64,000 bases of DNA from Tortispora ganteri (Eukaryota). Shown here piece after piece: positions 31,238-41,400 of the stretch. The notes under the pieces were generated by a model that was given only the letters and a program-made list of their open reading frames with translations, did no database searches and was not told where the DNA came from. Position 1 is the first letter of the stretch, and each line of letters starts with the position of its first letter. The stretch is taken from assembly GCA_003707115.1 (NCBI GenBank), contig PPNB01000017.1:62001-126000 (forward strand). Reading direction: 5' to 3'. The position numbers and the translations under genes were made by a program.

Positions 31238-31711
31238 TTAGTTCTTTGTAACATTTACTTGCGCCATTAAGCGAGACAGCAATTCTTCATTATCTTTAGT
31301 TAGGGACTGTATTTTTTGTTCTGCAAGATTTCTTTGTATTTGCTCTTCAAGCATTTGGTCTTGCACCTTCTGCAAAGCTGCTGATTTAGCAGTCATCTCG
31401 TCTGCTAGATCCTTTGCACGAACAGCAAGTTTCTTGTTCTTATGCTTCAATTCTATGATTACGGCATCGCGCCTTGCTATTAAATCGTCCAGTCTTTGCA
31501 TTCGCTCTTTGTACGCTTTCAGTTCGCGCTGTGCCTCAGAATGCAGTCCATAAAGCTGCGTTAACTCTTCCGACAGGTCGGTGGCAGGTCTAGGAAGCTT
31601 TGCCAGATGCTGGTAGGCCGCTATGATATCATCATACCGCATATCCCTTATATTCCTATCATTTATGCGCTGGCGCATCTGATCCTCATATTGGTACTCG
31701 TTCAACTGCAT
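31238..31711 (-). CDS. ATG16: Autophagy protein Atg16 (short coiled-coil fungal type)
   Basis: N-terminal Atg5-binding-type helix (QRINDRNIRD...IIAAYQHL), long coiled coil and C-terminal DNEELLSRLM. Confidence 0.75.
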   Translation of the reverse strand: MQLNEYQYEDQMRQRINDRNIRDMRYDDIIAAYQHLAKLPRPATDLSEELTQLYGLHSEAQRELKAYKERMQRLDDLIARRDAVIIELKHKNKKLAVRAKDLADEMTAKSAALQKVQDQMLEEQIQRNLAEQKIQSLTKDNEELLSRLMAQVNVTKN

Positions 31712-31989
31712 TCCTATGCCGGCAAACAGCTCGCAGCTATGTATGCCTTTAGCAATGGACCGTTTCGGGGGATCAACCCCGACTGGGGGAGTTACATATC
31801 TGGGAAGTATAAGCTTTTTGGTATTGGACCAATAGGAGTTTGTATTTGGCTTGCCTTATCCCCTCGACCTGCCTTTCTTGGGAGAAGGGTCTCCCCTACC
31901 CGGCCACATAATCAACTATAAGCCATCTTTTGTTGTTTTTCTCCACCTCTCGCCTCTGTGCTTGTTTAAGGGAAGATCGGCTAATAATC

Positions 31990-32698
31990 ATGTCTTCTAA
32001 ACGGAAAGTGTTATTAAAGGTAAGCAATTAAATACAATGTAGGCGCTTCAAGTTTTGCCCTTTTATATATTTTATAGGCCACGCAGACTAACCGCCGCTC
32101 ACGCGAATAGATTATCATTCTAGGAGATAGTGGAGTAGGAAAGACGAGCTTGATGCAACAGTTTGTCAATAAGAAGTTCAGTAACCAGTACAAAGCCACT
32201 ATTGGTGCTGATTTCCTTACCAAAGAAGTAATCGTCGACGACAGAATGGTCACAATGCAGTTATGGGATACCGCAGGACAAGAGCGATTCCAGAGTCTTG
32301 GTGTCGCTTTCTATCGTGGTGCTGACTGCTGTGTTTTGGTTTACGATGTTAACAACACAAAAAGTTTCGAAAACCTTGACTCTTGGCGTGACGAATTTTT
32401 GATACAAGCAAGCCCAAGAGACCCAGAAAATTTTCCATTTGTGGTTCTAGGCAATAAGATCGACATAGAAGAAAGTAAGAGAACGATCCCCCAGCGTCGT
32501 GCTCTTTCTTTCTGTCAAAGCAAAGGAAACATACCTTATTTCGAAACATCTGCTAAGGAAGCTATTAATGTCGAGCAGGCTTTTGAAGTTATTGCCCGTA
32601 ATGCACTCGCTCAAGAAGAAACAGAAGAGTTCTCAGGCGATTTCTCTGATCCTATCAACATTCACCTCGATTCCGACGGTCCTCATTGTGCGTGCTAA
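31990..32698 (+). CDS. YPT7: Rab7 GTPase, 2 exons, 205 aa
   Basis: Exon 31990-32019, intron 32020-32110 (GTAAGC...GACTAAC...TAG), exon 32111-32698. Motifs [40 protein letters not shown] and a CxC prenylation end. Confidence 0.97.
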
Positions 32699-33077
32699 GC
32701 TCATTTTTATTACTTTTATTATTGTTTTCTCCTTCTATTAATGGCACTAGCACTGCATTATCACCCTCCTTTTATCTTGTTGTTCTGGTCAGTTTTCCTA
32801 CCTTTAGCAATCAGTGGAATTACATCTCACATACTCTAACCGTCTTTCTCTATACGTCAGCAGGTCACCCACATCGGCTTCTTTTTTTCTGCTGGTTCAT
32901 AATATACACGTGCACGCTTACCCGTCTTAACCGTCTCGACACACCTGTCACTTCTACAAACTACAATTATACTCCAGTCCTATTTACTTTTAAAACATCC
33001 AAAAATGATCCCTGCTCATTTTGTACTCGTAAACGTTCAGATTATCCTAATGTAACTAGATCTTCAAGTATACTTTT

Positions 33078-36000
33078 TCATGTTCCGTTAAACTCCATAT
33101 TTAAACCACGAAATCTAGACTCGACGGGACTGGAAATATCTCCACTCAAAACTTCATCTCTTCCAAAGTAGAAGATGCGAACAGAGTTGCCATATCCAAC
33201 AGCAAGAGATCTATGTCCAAATTTTTCATAGCAATGAATATTGCCCACTAGCAACTGGCTCTTTCTCATAGCTTTGCCAGTTTTGCTAACGAAGCATGTG
33301 CTTTTTTCTTCAACTTCATATGTCCACAATTCAGAGCTAGGTCCCATAGTCCACCCTTCCCAGAATTGTGAGACATTGTTCATGTCATTTCGTTCATCCG
33401 TTCCTTGCACGGTTCTTTTTGTATCAGAGCTCAAGTGACGTGTATGACCCCTGAAATTTAAGCTGGATGCTTCATTGTGTTTCAATAACGAACCGGTAGT
33501 AGATACATCAGAATCAGCGTGAGCTCTCGGTTTGTCTTTCAGGCCTATTAGCATGTTAGAATCCGTATGAGTCCAACATTCAACATTCTCTATGCTACTA
33601 AGAGTCTCCTCACTATGATCAAAACCAAGGCACCTCTTCTCGTGCGGATCCCTTTCCACCCGGAGGCAAATGGTTGTTTTTGCTTTGTTGCCCATAGTCA
33701 AAGTATGCATGTACACCGTCCGACTTCCACGGCACATGTACGCTATCGAAAGTGATTTAATAGAGAAGCTTCCGCAAAATGTGCAATGCGTAGGTTTTGC
33801 ATGAAATGCCTTCATACTTCCTCGAGTGAATGTTCGAATATCAACGCTTTTTAATAAAGCTCCACTTTGTATATCAATTATTTGAGCGTTCCGACCTTGA
33901 GCAGTAACCACAATGCCGAGAAGTGGCAAAGCAATTAATGCATTGACCTCTCCAGGGACATTCATGAGTTTATAAGGAGGATAGTCATCAATACCATTCG
34001 GCTTAGCAAAAGGCCTATACAGTTCTATTTCATTCGAGTACCATGCATTGTTGTAATGAGACACTATGCGTAAATCTCTATTCCTGGTCATTATAACAAT
34101 CCTTTCAAACAGTCTTGGGGTTTCAAAGTGCGCTGCAGCGACCACACCTCCATCATGTATCTGGTAGTGATTTGTAAGCGAACCATCCACGACGTTGTAT
34201 TCAAACAATTTGCCAGAAGTGTTCAAAGCCACTAATGATAAAACAGGGCTCGTATTAGAGTTGTTTAGAATTCCACCACTAGATGTAGAAAAAAACAATT
34301 CAACTAATTGATTTTTCGAGATCTCAGGATTTTCAATTTTCCAAATCATCGATTCCACTTGAAAATCAAAAAGTGCAATGACCCCGCGCATTGATGTTAT
34401 GCAGAGATACCTTCCATTAGAAGAAACTTTAAACTGAACAACAGGCCATATTTGAGAGCTTAGGTGCGATACTGTGGGCGGAGCAAGTATTTTAGTGTTA
34501 GAAGGCACTACCCAGTATGCAAGTCGCTTATCTAAACCAAGACTGGCAATTGTTCCAACGGCGGAAGAAGATAGTTTAACGATATCTAGAGAATGATACC
34601 CGGACAGCGATTTCCAATGGAAATTTTCAAGACTGGAATCGATTCGTTCATTGTCATCAAATTGCACATCTGCTTCGGTGTGATGTTTGCGTAATAAATA
34701 CCTAAGTATCAAAGAAATAGTAGAAGACAGGAAGATCAACGCCGAGATGTAGCGTAGAACTGTAAATACAGATACGGAGCAGCGTTGAGATACAGCAGTT
34801 GCAATATCGACCAAGTCCATTTGATCTTCTTGAGTGTACAAACCTATCACGGTTTCCGGGTATTCTTGGACATTGAGTTCACCGAGCGAATAACCCAGTT
34901 TGCCCACAATTTGAGCCATGACATCCGGGGGAGTTAGATGTTTCTGGTTCTGCACATTCCATGAGAAAGAATCGTCAATAAATTCCTTAAATACAACCAC
35001 AGAAGAAGATCCTAGAACTGGTTGAGTGGCGGAAAACGAGAAATAGTGAACTTCTATGCCGCACACGATCAGGAAGAGAATGGCAGAACCGACCCAGGTT
35101 GTAGAGAATGGCAAAGAGGCCGACTTGTACAAAGTCAAAAGTATATGATTTGGATGAACCTTTCTAATAGTAGATTTGTACCATGAGATATTGAGAAGAT
35201 CTTGTAGCTCTACACGTCTCAAATCAACAGCTAAAGTACCCAGAAAGAAAGTGGAGTGGAGGAAAAAATCGATGAGGATCGTGAGTTCGACGAGAATGCA
35301 GAATTGCTTTGTGGGGCGAGTTTTAACCAGCATATAGGTAATTAAAGTGACAGCAGAGTCTATAACCAAGGCAGTTAGAGTCTTTGGTAGGGTTTGTATA
35401 TAACCACGAGAGACTCTGTAAGCGGCTGGTTTTTCAGATGGCAATTCCGAAACAGCATTTATGAGACGGAACATGTGCTCGACGCCTATAATAAAAGCTG
35501 GCAGCGGAAATACTATATATGGCATTGTCATTGTGAGGTAATGATCTATGAGGAAGTAAGATATGCTCAGTGCGGCGGAGGTGGAGAGAAGTATTTCAGT
35601 AACGAAAGCAAAGAGCAGTCCATTTTTTGACCTCACAGCCTTCAATTTCGGCAAGCATAATAAGACATAAGCAATAGTTGATATATATGAAACAGTGAGA
35701 ATAAAACCGTCGAAATTTGAGAACTCTCTTAGTATTATAGAAGACTTTGGGTTTGGCAGTAGGTAGCCAGATGACTGCGTATAGGAGATATTGTGTCGTA
35801 AGAGTGCAGGCAAAGCAGAAGATACAGCGGTAGAGATAACATCTGAAAGACCAGAATTAGAAGTTGAAGACGATGCAAATATTGAGATAGAGGTTATGAG
35901 CGACGGTTTGGAAGAGGAAGGGTTGGAAAGAGAGAAGCAAGGGAACTCAAGTTCGGAGGACTCTATTGATTGTAGTAAATTTTCGGCAAAAGTGGTTGAT

Positions 36001-36260
36001 ATCTCAGAATAGTTCTGAATTGAAGGATGTGACAATAACAGTACTCTATGTAAATTTATATGTGTTACAGATTTGGAAGTTTGCGGGTAAGTTGTGTACC
36101 AGTAGTTAGTGCAATTAGTGAGAACAGTGATATGGTGTATGATGAAAGGATATGAGATTGAAAATACAACAATTAAAGGCAGAAGTATGATTATATTAGG
36201 GTGGCATAGTGCACGAAATAGGGATTTCAATAAAGAGACCTGTGCCTGGCTGATTATCAT
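33078..36260 (-). CDS. SREBP cleavage-activating protein (SCAP/Scp1): sterol-sensing domain + WD40
   Basis: Multi-TM N-terminal half with IIGVEHMFRLINAV and DLRRVELQDL (MELADL-like). C-terminal beta-propeller begins at HSLDIVKL. Confidence 0.88.
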   Translation of the reverse strand: MIISQAQVSLLKSLFRALCHPNIIILLPLIVVFSISYPFIIHHITVLTNCTNYWYTTYPQTSKSVTHINLHRVLLLSHPSIQNYSEISTTFAENLLQSIESSELEFPCFSLSNPSSSKPSLITSISIFASSSTSNSGLSDVISTAVSSALPALLRHNISYTQSSGYLLPNPKSSIILREFSNFDGFILTVSYISTIAYVLLCLPKLKAVRSKNGLLFAFVTEILLSTSAALSISYFLIDHYLTMTMPYIVFPLPAFIIGVEHMFRLINAVSELPSEKPAAYRVSRGYIQTLPKTLTALVIDSAVTLITYMLVKTRPTKQFCILVELTILIDFFLHSTFFLGTLAVDLRRVELQDLLNISWYKSTIRKVHPNHILLTLYKSASLPFSTTWVGSAILFLIVCGIEVHYFSFSATQPVLGSSSVVVFKEFIDDSFSWNVQNQKHLTPPDVMAQIVGKLGYSLGELNVQEYPETVIGLYTQEDQMDLVDIATAVSQRCSVSVFTVLRYISALIFLSSTISLILRYLLRKHHTEADVQFDDNERIDSSLENFHWKSLSGYHSLDIVKLSSSAVGTIASLGLDKRLAYWVVPSNTKILAPPTVSHLSSQIWPVVQFKVSSNGRYLCITSMRGVIALFDFQVESMIWKIENPEISKNQLVELFFSTSSGGILNNSNTSPVLSLVALNTSGKLFEYNVVDGSLTNHYQIHDGGVVAAAHFETPRLFERIVIMTRNRDLRIVSHYNNAWYSNEIELYRPFAKPNGIDDYPPYKLMNVPGEVNALIALPLLGIVVTAQGRNAQIIDIQSGALLKSVDIRTFTRGSMKAFHAKPTHCTFCGSFSIKSLSIAYMCRGSRTVYMHTLTMGNKAKTTICLRVERDPHEKRCLGFDHSEETLSSIENVECWTHTDSNMLIGLKDKPRAHADSDVSTTGSLLKHNEASSLNFRGHTRHLSSDTKRTVQGTDERNDMNNVSQFWEGWTMGPSSELWTYEVEEKSTCFVSKTGKAMRKSQLLVGNIHCYEKFGHRSLAVGYGNSVRIFYFGRDEVLSGDISSPVESRFRGLNMEFNGT

Positions 36261-36406
36261 TATCCGCAGAACAATAGACAGAAGGGAAAATGGATGTAGG
36301 ACAAAGGAAGTAAAGTGGGCGAGGAGTGTTAAAGTGGGTTGGCGAACCAGTAAGCCAGAGCTTAATTTGAGACGACAGTGATTTTCTATTTCTCATATTA
36401 AAGATC

Positions 36407-36976
36407 ATGAATATCTGGATCAAGTGCTCTGAAGGCGATATTAATGATATAAAGGAATACGTCGATAATATAGGAAATGTGAACGACAAGGATGAAAATG
36501 GGTACAGTCTTCTGCATGCGGCTGCGTCGTACAATCATATAGACATACTACGATTTTTAGTTGAACGCGGAGGTGATGTTAATATTGTCGACAACGACGG
36601 TGATTCGCCATTGCATACAGTCGAAACAGTTGAAACTGCTCAAGAGCTAGTTGCGCTAGGAGCGAATATTGCCCTGAAGAACAATGAAGGTCAGACGCCA
36701 CTGGATCGCCAGATCGAGGAAGACGAATATCCCGACGTGATCGAATACCTCCGAAGCTTGACTACTGAGAATGAATCGATTGTAAATGAAATAAAATCAG
36801 AATTGGAGGATGCTACAAACAATGGGGTACAAATAAGATACGCCAGCGAAGACCCTGGGTTTGAAGGGAATAGTATGAACATAGATGAGGTTCTCAATAA
36901 CGACAATGCGCTGAAAGAGGCATTAATCGATACATTTGGCTCAAACATTACAGCACCTAAAAAGAAACGATCATAA
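36407..36976 (+). CDS. Ankyrin-repeat protein (YCR051W-like)
   Basis: NIWI..., DENGYSLLHAAASYNH, DNDGDSPLH and NNEGQTPL ankyrin repeats. Confidence 0.88.
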   Translation: MNIWIKCSEGDINDIKEYVDNIGNVNDKDENGYSLLHAAASYNHIDILRFLVERGGDVNIVDNDGDSPLHTVETVETAQELVALGANIALKNNEGQTPLDRQIEEDEYPDVIEYLRSLTTENESIVNEIKSELEDATNNGVQIRYASEDPGFEGNSMNIDEVLNNDNALKEALIDTFGSNITAPKKKRS

Positions 36977-37016
36977 GTGATGGCTGGCTGACTTGCTTGA
37001 TTGATTGAGTTTTTGA

Positions 37017-37916
37017 TTAAGCAATAGTGCGAAAGAAATCCATGCATGCAGTAAATACCACCAACAAAATACCACCACCGGGGCCAAGTCGTAACACCTT
37101 GGGCAGGAATCCCTTGTACAAAGCGCCGAATCCTTCTTCCCTTGCAACAGTGAAAAGACCACCCCATGCCCAATTATACTTGGGTACTTGTCCGGCTACT
37201 CTAACTGTGTTTTGAATACGACTTTTGACGACATCAAATGGTGTATTCAATATAGTTCCACATGTGCCGCCAATAGTACCTGCGATAAGATCGTTTCTAG
37301 TCTTGGCAGACTTGGTTTGAGCAACAGGCAGCAGTGTTCTAACTTGGAATATCACACCGAAGTATCCAGCATTCCACACAATGTGTCGCCACAAAGTAGC
37401 TTCCAGTCCATTATATAGAGCAAGAACACCTTCTTTGCGTACAATCTGCTTGACTACGTCGCCTGGGCCTTTATATTTGCCAGCGGACGACTTATCTTGT
37501 AGTCTGATTTTGACAAGTTCGAACGGCACAACCACGAACGACTCTGTCGCACCAGCTGTTGCTCCGGTTAAAATGGACAGTGATTGTGTCATTTGAGTGA
37601 CTCCAAATAATCCGCGGTAGAATTCACCCCACTTGTCGTTGGCAGCGAACTTGGTAGCCCTTTTGGGCGCTTCCATAAGAATCGGAGAGGTAATTCCACG
37701 ATAAAGCGTAGCAAACCCTTCATTTTTAACGATTTTAGTCAAGCAGTCTACGGTTCCTTTATACGCTTCTGACTCAGGCACACCCTTTACCTGCAGTTGC
37801 ATTCGAGTCTTGACTACATCCAAAGGATACATAACTAATATCTCGGAAACGCCAGCAATCGCTCCAGATAAAAACTGGTACATAAATGGAATTGGTTTCT
37901 CGGCTTCGCTACTCAT
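37017..37916 (-). CDS. ODC1: Mitochondrial 2-oxodicarboxylate carrier (Odc1/Odc2)
   Basis: Three Px[DE]xx[KR] carrier motifs, plus PILMEAPKRATKF, WRHIVWNAGYFG and PKVLRLGPGGGILL. Confidence 0.93.
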   Translation of the reverse strand: MSSEAEKPIPFMYQFLSGAIAGVSEILVMYPLDVVKTRMQLQVKGVPESEAYKGTVDCLTKIVKNEGFATLYRGITSPILMEAPKRATKFAANDKWGEFYRGLFGVTQMTQSLSILTGATAGATESFVVVPFELVKIRLQDKSSAGKYKGPGDVVKQIVRKEGVLALYNGLEATLWRHIVWNAGYFGVIFQVRTLLPVAQTKSAKTRNDLIAGTIGGTCGTILNTPFDVVKSRIQNTVRVAGQVPKYNWAWGGLFTVAREEGFGALYKGFLPKVLRLGPGGGILLVVFTACMDFFRTIA

Positions 37917-38314
37917 TTCGCTTCAATTTCCTAATATTGTAAAGTCAATAATCCTTGCTTTATCTCAACGAAATCAAACAGGCCGAAGTAGAAAAAGAAG
38001 AGTCTTCTCGTCCGTCCCATACGGGGTATTTTCCGCACCTCCTCAAAAAATTAGTCCTAATCCAATAGGAGGAGGGCCACAGGGTTATTTTGCGCATCAT
38101 CGCTTCCCTCGCTTATAAGTGCGTCTACCCCTGCACCAATTCTAGTCCAATCGCTCTCAAGAATACTCTGTTTTCTTCCTACTCTATTATCATTAAAATA
38201 AATTTAGGCAGTCTGCGCTGCTGCTTGATTACTTTTGCTCATGATCAGCGCCGCTTATCGCTTACCCGATTCCCCTCACCCAGACCAGACCCAAGAGCTC
38301 TCCCAATCGCCCAC

Positions 38315-38346
38315 ATCACGTGACTATCGTGACTTGTATCGTGACT
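38315..38346 (+). promoter_or_regulatory. E-box ATCACGTGAC followed by two TATCGTGACT copies in the ODC/DNA2 divergent promoter
   Basis: Read directly. The first site is the RTCACGTG Cbf1/bHLH consensus. Confidence 0.5.
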
Positions 38347-38446
38347 CTGGCGTCCTCATCCCAAAATCTTGTCAACATACAAAACACGCTAATCGACCTC
38401 TTTTGGAATTTAGCCTGCCTTTCCTTCCCGCGGTACGCAAATACAC

Positions 38447-41400
38447 ATGAGCTCAGGCAAGCGTCAAGCGGCTCGCATATCGTCGGATCCGCAGTTGGGC
38501 TCAGATCCGCCTCGCACCCCTTCTCGAAAACGCGCGCTGTCAGCAGACTATTCATCTTCTCCCACGACAAGACAAAGTGAGACAAGAAGCCCCCGAGCTG
38601 GTATATCATGGGCACTGTCTCCTCCGGTTCTTAGAATTGATGCTAGTAAGGTCTCCTCTAAGCGATTCAAGCCGCAGTCTAGCATAGATGTGCCGTCTCA
38701 CGGTATAGATCCCACTGCAAGACTCTTCGCAAAATTCAATGCTTCCCTGCCTGTACGCGCTCAATCAGATGCGCCTACTAAACAGGCTAATTTGCGCAGA
38801 ATAGCTAGCTATGGTCCTGATATCTCTTCAGATTTGTCTTCAGATTCTATAAATGCATTTACCGCTCCACACTCAAGCATTGCATCGCTCCTTGAGAAAG
38901 TGGACAAAAACGTCGCGGACAATCTAGCAAATCAGTTAGATGATTTTGACGACTGGTCTGACTCCTCGACTGACTTTTTTATCGTCGACAAATCTCAGCC
39001 ATCTGCTCAGCAATCCGAGGCTCTCACTACAGAACCAGATGCCAATGTGGTAAAATTATCTAATCCACCAACACAGGCCAGTACTGCTGTCGCTGAGTTT
39101 CATGACAGGGAACCCATGTCCGATGACTCTACAGACTCTATGGACCCATTAGACTCGCTAGACTCGCTAGACTCGATTGGTCCTATAGATCAACTACCGC
39201 TCCAATGTGATCCAGCCAAGCCAGTTTTTACAGTAGCCCGATACCAGACCGTCAACGTCAGCGAGTCTCCATTTTTGCGTGAAGGAGTGAGGCGCACTCA
39301 ATTGATCCTGGACATTAAAAGCGTCACAACAAACAAATACTCAAAATTATACCTTCGTGATGGGTGGGCTTTAACATCTCCTCCAAAAAATGCATTTGTC
39401 AATATAATTGGCTGTTTTGATCCCTTTTCCCCTATCCTAACTCTAGACGACAGGGAACATTCTGACTTGTTGTTTATACTTGATCCTGACCGTATAATTT
39501 CTGGTACATCACTTGCAGCTTACTTTGAATGCAATCGAAAAGCTGTACTAGAATCTCGTCTCAGAACCCCATTCGAAGCAACTCTTCCGACTTTAGTTGG
39601 ACATGTAATACACGAAGTGATCCAATATGCTCTTGTGAACGAGAACTTCAACCCGAAAGACCTCGAGAATAAAGCGGACCAAGTATTGAATGCTTCCTTG
39701 GAAGATGCATACTTAACTGGAAATGATATGTCTGAGATCAAGGAAGCATTGGCGGAAAAACTGAAAGCTATCCCAAATTGGAAAGCGGTGTTATCTCGCT
39801 CCCCTGATTCGAAAAGTAATCGGATTGTGCCGTTTGATATTAAGGATGTCCTTGCAATAGAAGAGATGTTTGTCTCTCCAGTGTATGGTTTAAAAGGATT
39901 TATTGATGCTACTTTGCTGGTTTCATTACTTGAACAGGAGGACAAAGAAACTATTTGCGCTTTAGAAATTAAAACAGGGAAGCGCATTAGCTCCAGCAGT
40001 CACAAAGTTCAACTTCTCGTTTATGCCCTTCTCCTTCACGACCGTTACGGAACTTCAATACAGTCCAGCATTCTGTATTATTGTACGCAACAAGAATGCT
40101 CATTAATTACTGCGACACAGAACGACGTAAAGTCATTATTAAAGAGCAGAAATTCGTTTGTCCGCGATCTCCAATTGAATCGTGACAACATATACGTCTT
40201 GCCAACTCAATGCTCTAGCAAATGGTGTCAATACTGCAAAGAAAGTCAATTTGCTAACATAGATTCGGTTCAAAAAGGGAACCCAACTCCTGAACCGAGT
40301 TCATCTAAGTCGTTTTCACTATCGCTGAGCTTGCCAATGGTATACCAACAAATGGCGCACTCTCATTCCGAATATATTGAGCGCTTAGCTAAAGCAATTG
40401 ATGCTGAAGATGCTGAATTATTCAAGAAACAGTTTGGTATATGGACCACATCGAGCTCCGAAAAGGAATTAGAAGGGACATGCATATCGAATCTGGTTCA
40501 TAGCATTGACCTATCTGGAAATATTCCTCTACTCACTGATCAGAGATTGATAAAATTTAGGCGCTCGCCTAGTTCTTTACTGAAACTTCCCTTTTTTATC
40601 TCTAATATCGGCCCTGGCTCTTCAGTTTCTATATCTGTAGAGAGTATGGCTCTTTATCAAATTGCTAAAGCTACTGTTACAGAGGTTAATGAAGACTCGA
40701 TAACTGTGGAAGTATGTGACGGCAATATATTCAGGATTCTCAAAGTTCTGCAATCCAATGAAGCAAGACCTGCACGATTCTTACAAATATCTAAGTCCAC
40801 TCATCAAGTCATTCCCGGAACATTTCGCCTTGATTTGATGGAATCCAATCTACTATCCTTGTCTCGGTATAACTTGTTGAAGTTGAGTTTCGATGCATAT
40901 CTACGACAGAAGAATCTCCTGGTTAATCTGGTAACCCCAGAGTTTGATCCAATTGACTCTAATATGCAGCTTCTTTCTGACTGTTCAGATTTGAACGAAG
41001 ACCAGTTGCTCGCTCTGAACAACTGTCTTAGAGCCAAAGATTACGCTCTTGTTCAGGGTATGCCTGGAACTGGTAAGACGACCATGATTTCCAAGTTGAT
41101 AATTGAACTCTACAAACGAGGTAAATCGGTTTTGATTTGCGGTATGACACATGCTTCAATTGATAACATACTGCTAAAGTTGATACCTCTTAAATTGGAA
41201 GGCATGCTACGCCTTGGAAATTTGGAACGTGTACACGATTCTGTGAAAGAACTGGTCAAACTCTCGCGAGCAGGATTGACAGTAGATGACTACAAGGAGA
41301 TTTATGAAAACTCAAAAATTGTGGCTAGTACTGCGCATGGAATGACTCATCCCATTTTTCTGAAGCGAAAATTCGATTACGTTCTGATAGATGAGGCTGG

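Noticed and set aside
32686..33171. 161-aa + strand ORF between YPT7 and SCAP
   Set aside because: Non-ATG start, overlaps both neighbours, and its composition reflects T-rich 3'-UTR sequence.
30490..39177. Short coding tandem repeats in SPB1 (GAAAGT, about 30490-30510) and DNA2 (GACTCGCTA, about 39150-39177)
   Set aside because: Ordinary low-complexity repeats in disordered protein regions; not CRISPR-like or mobile.
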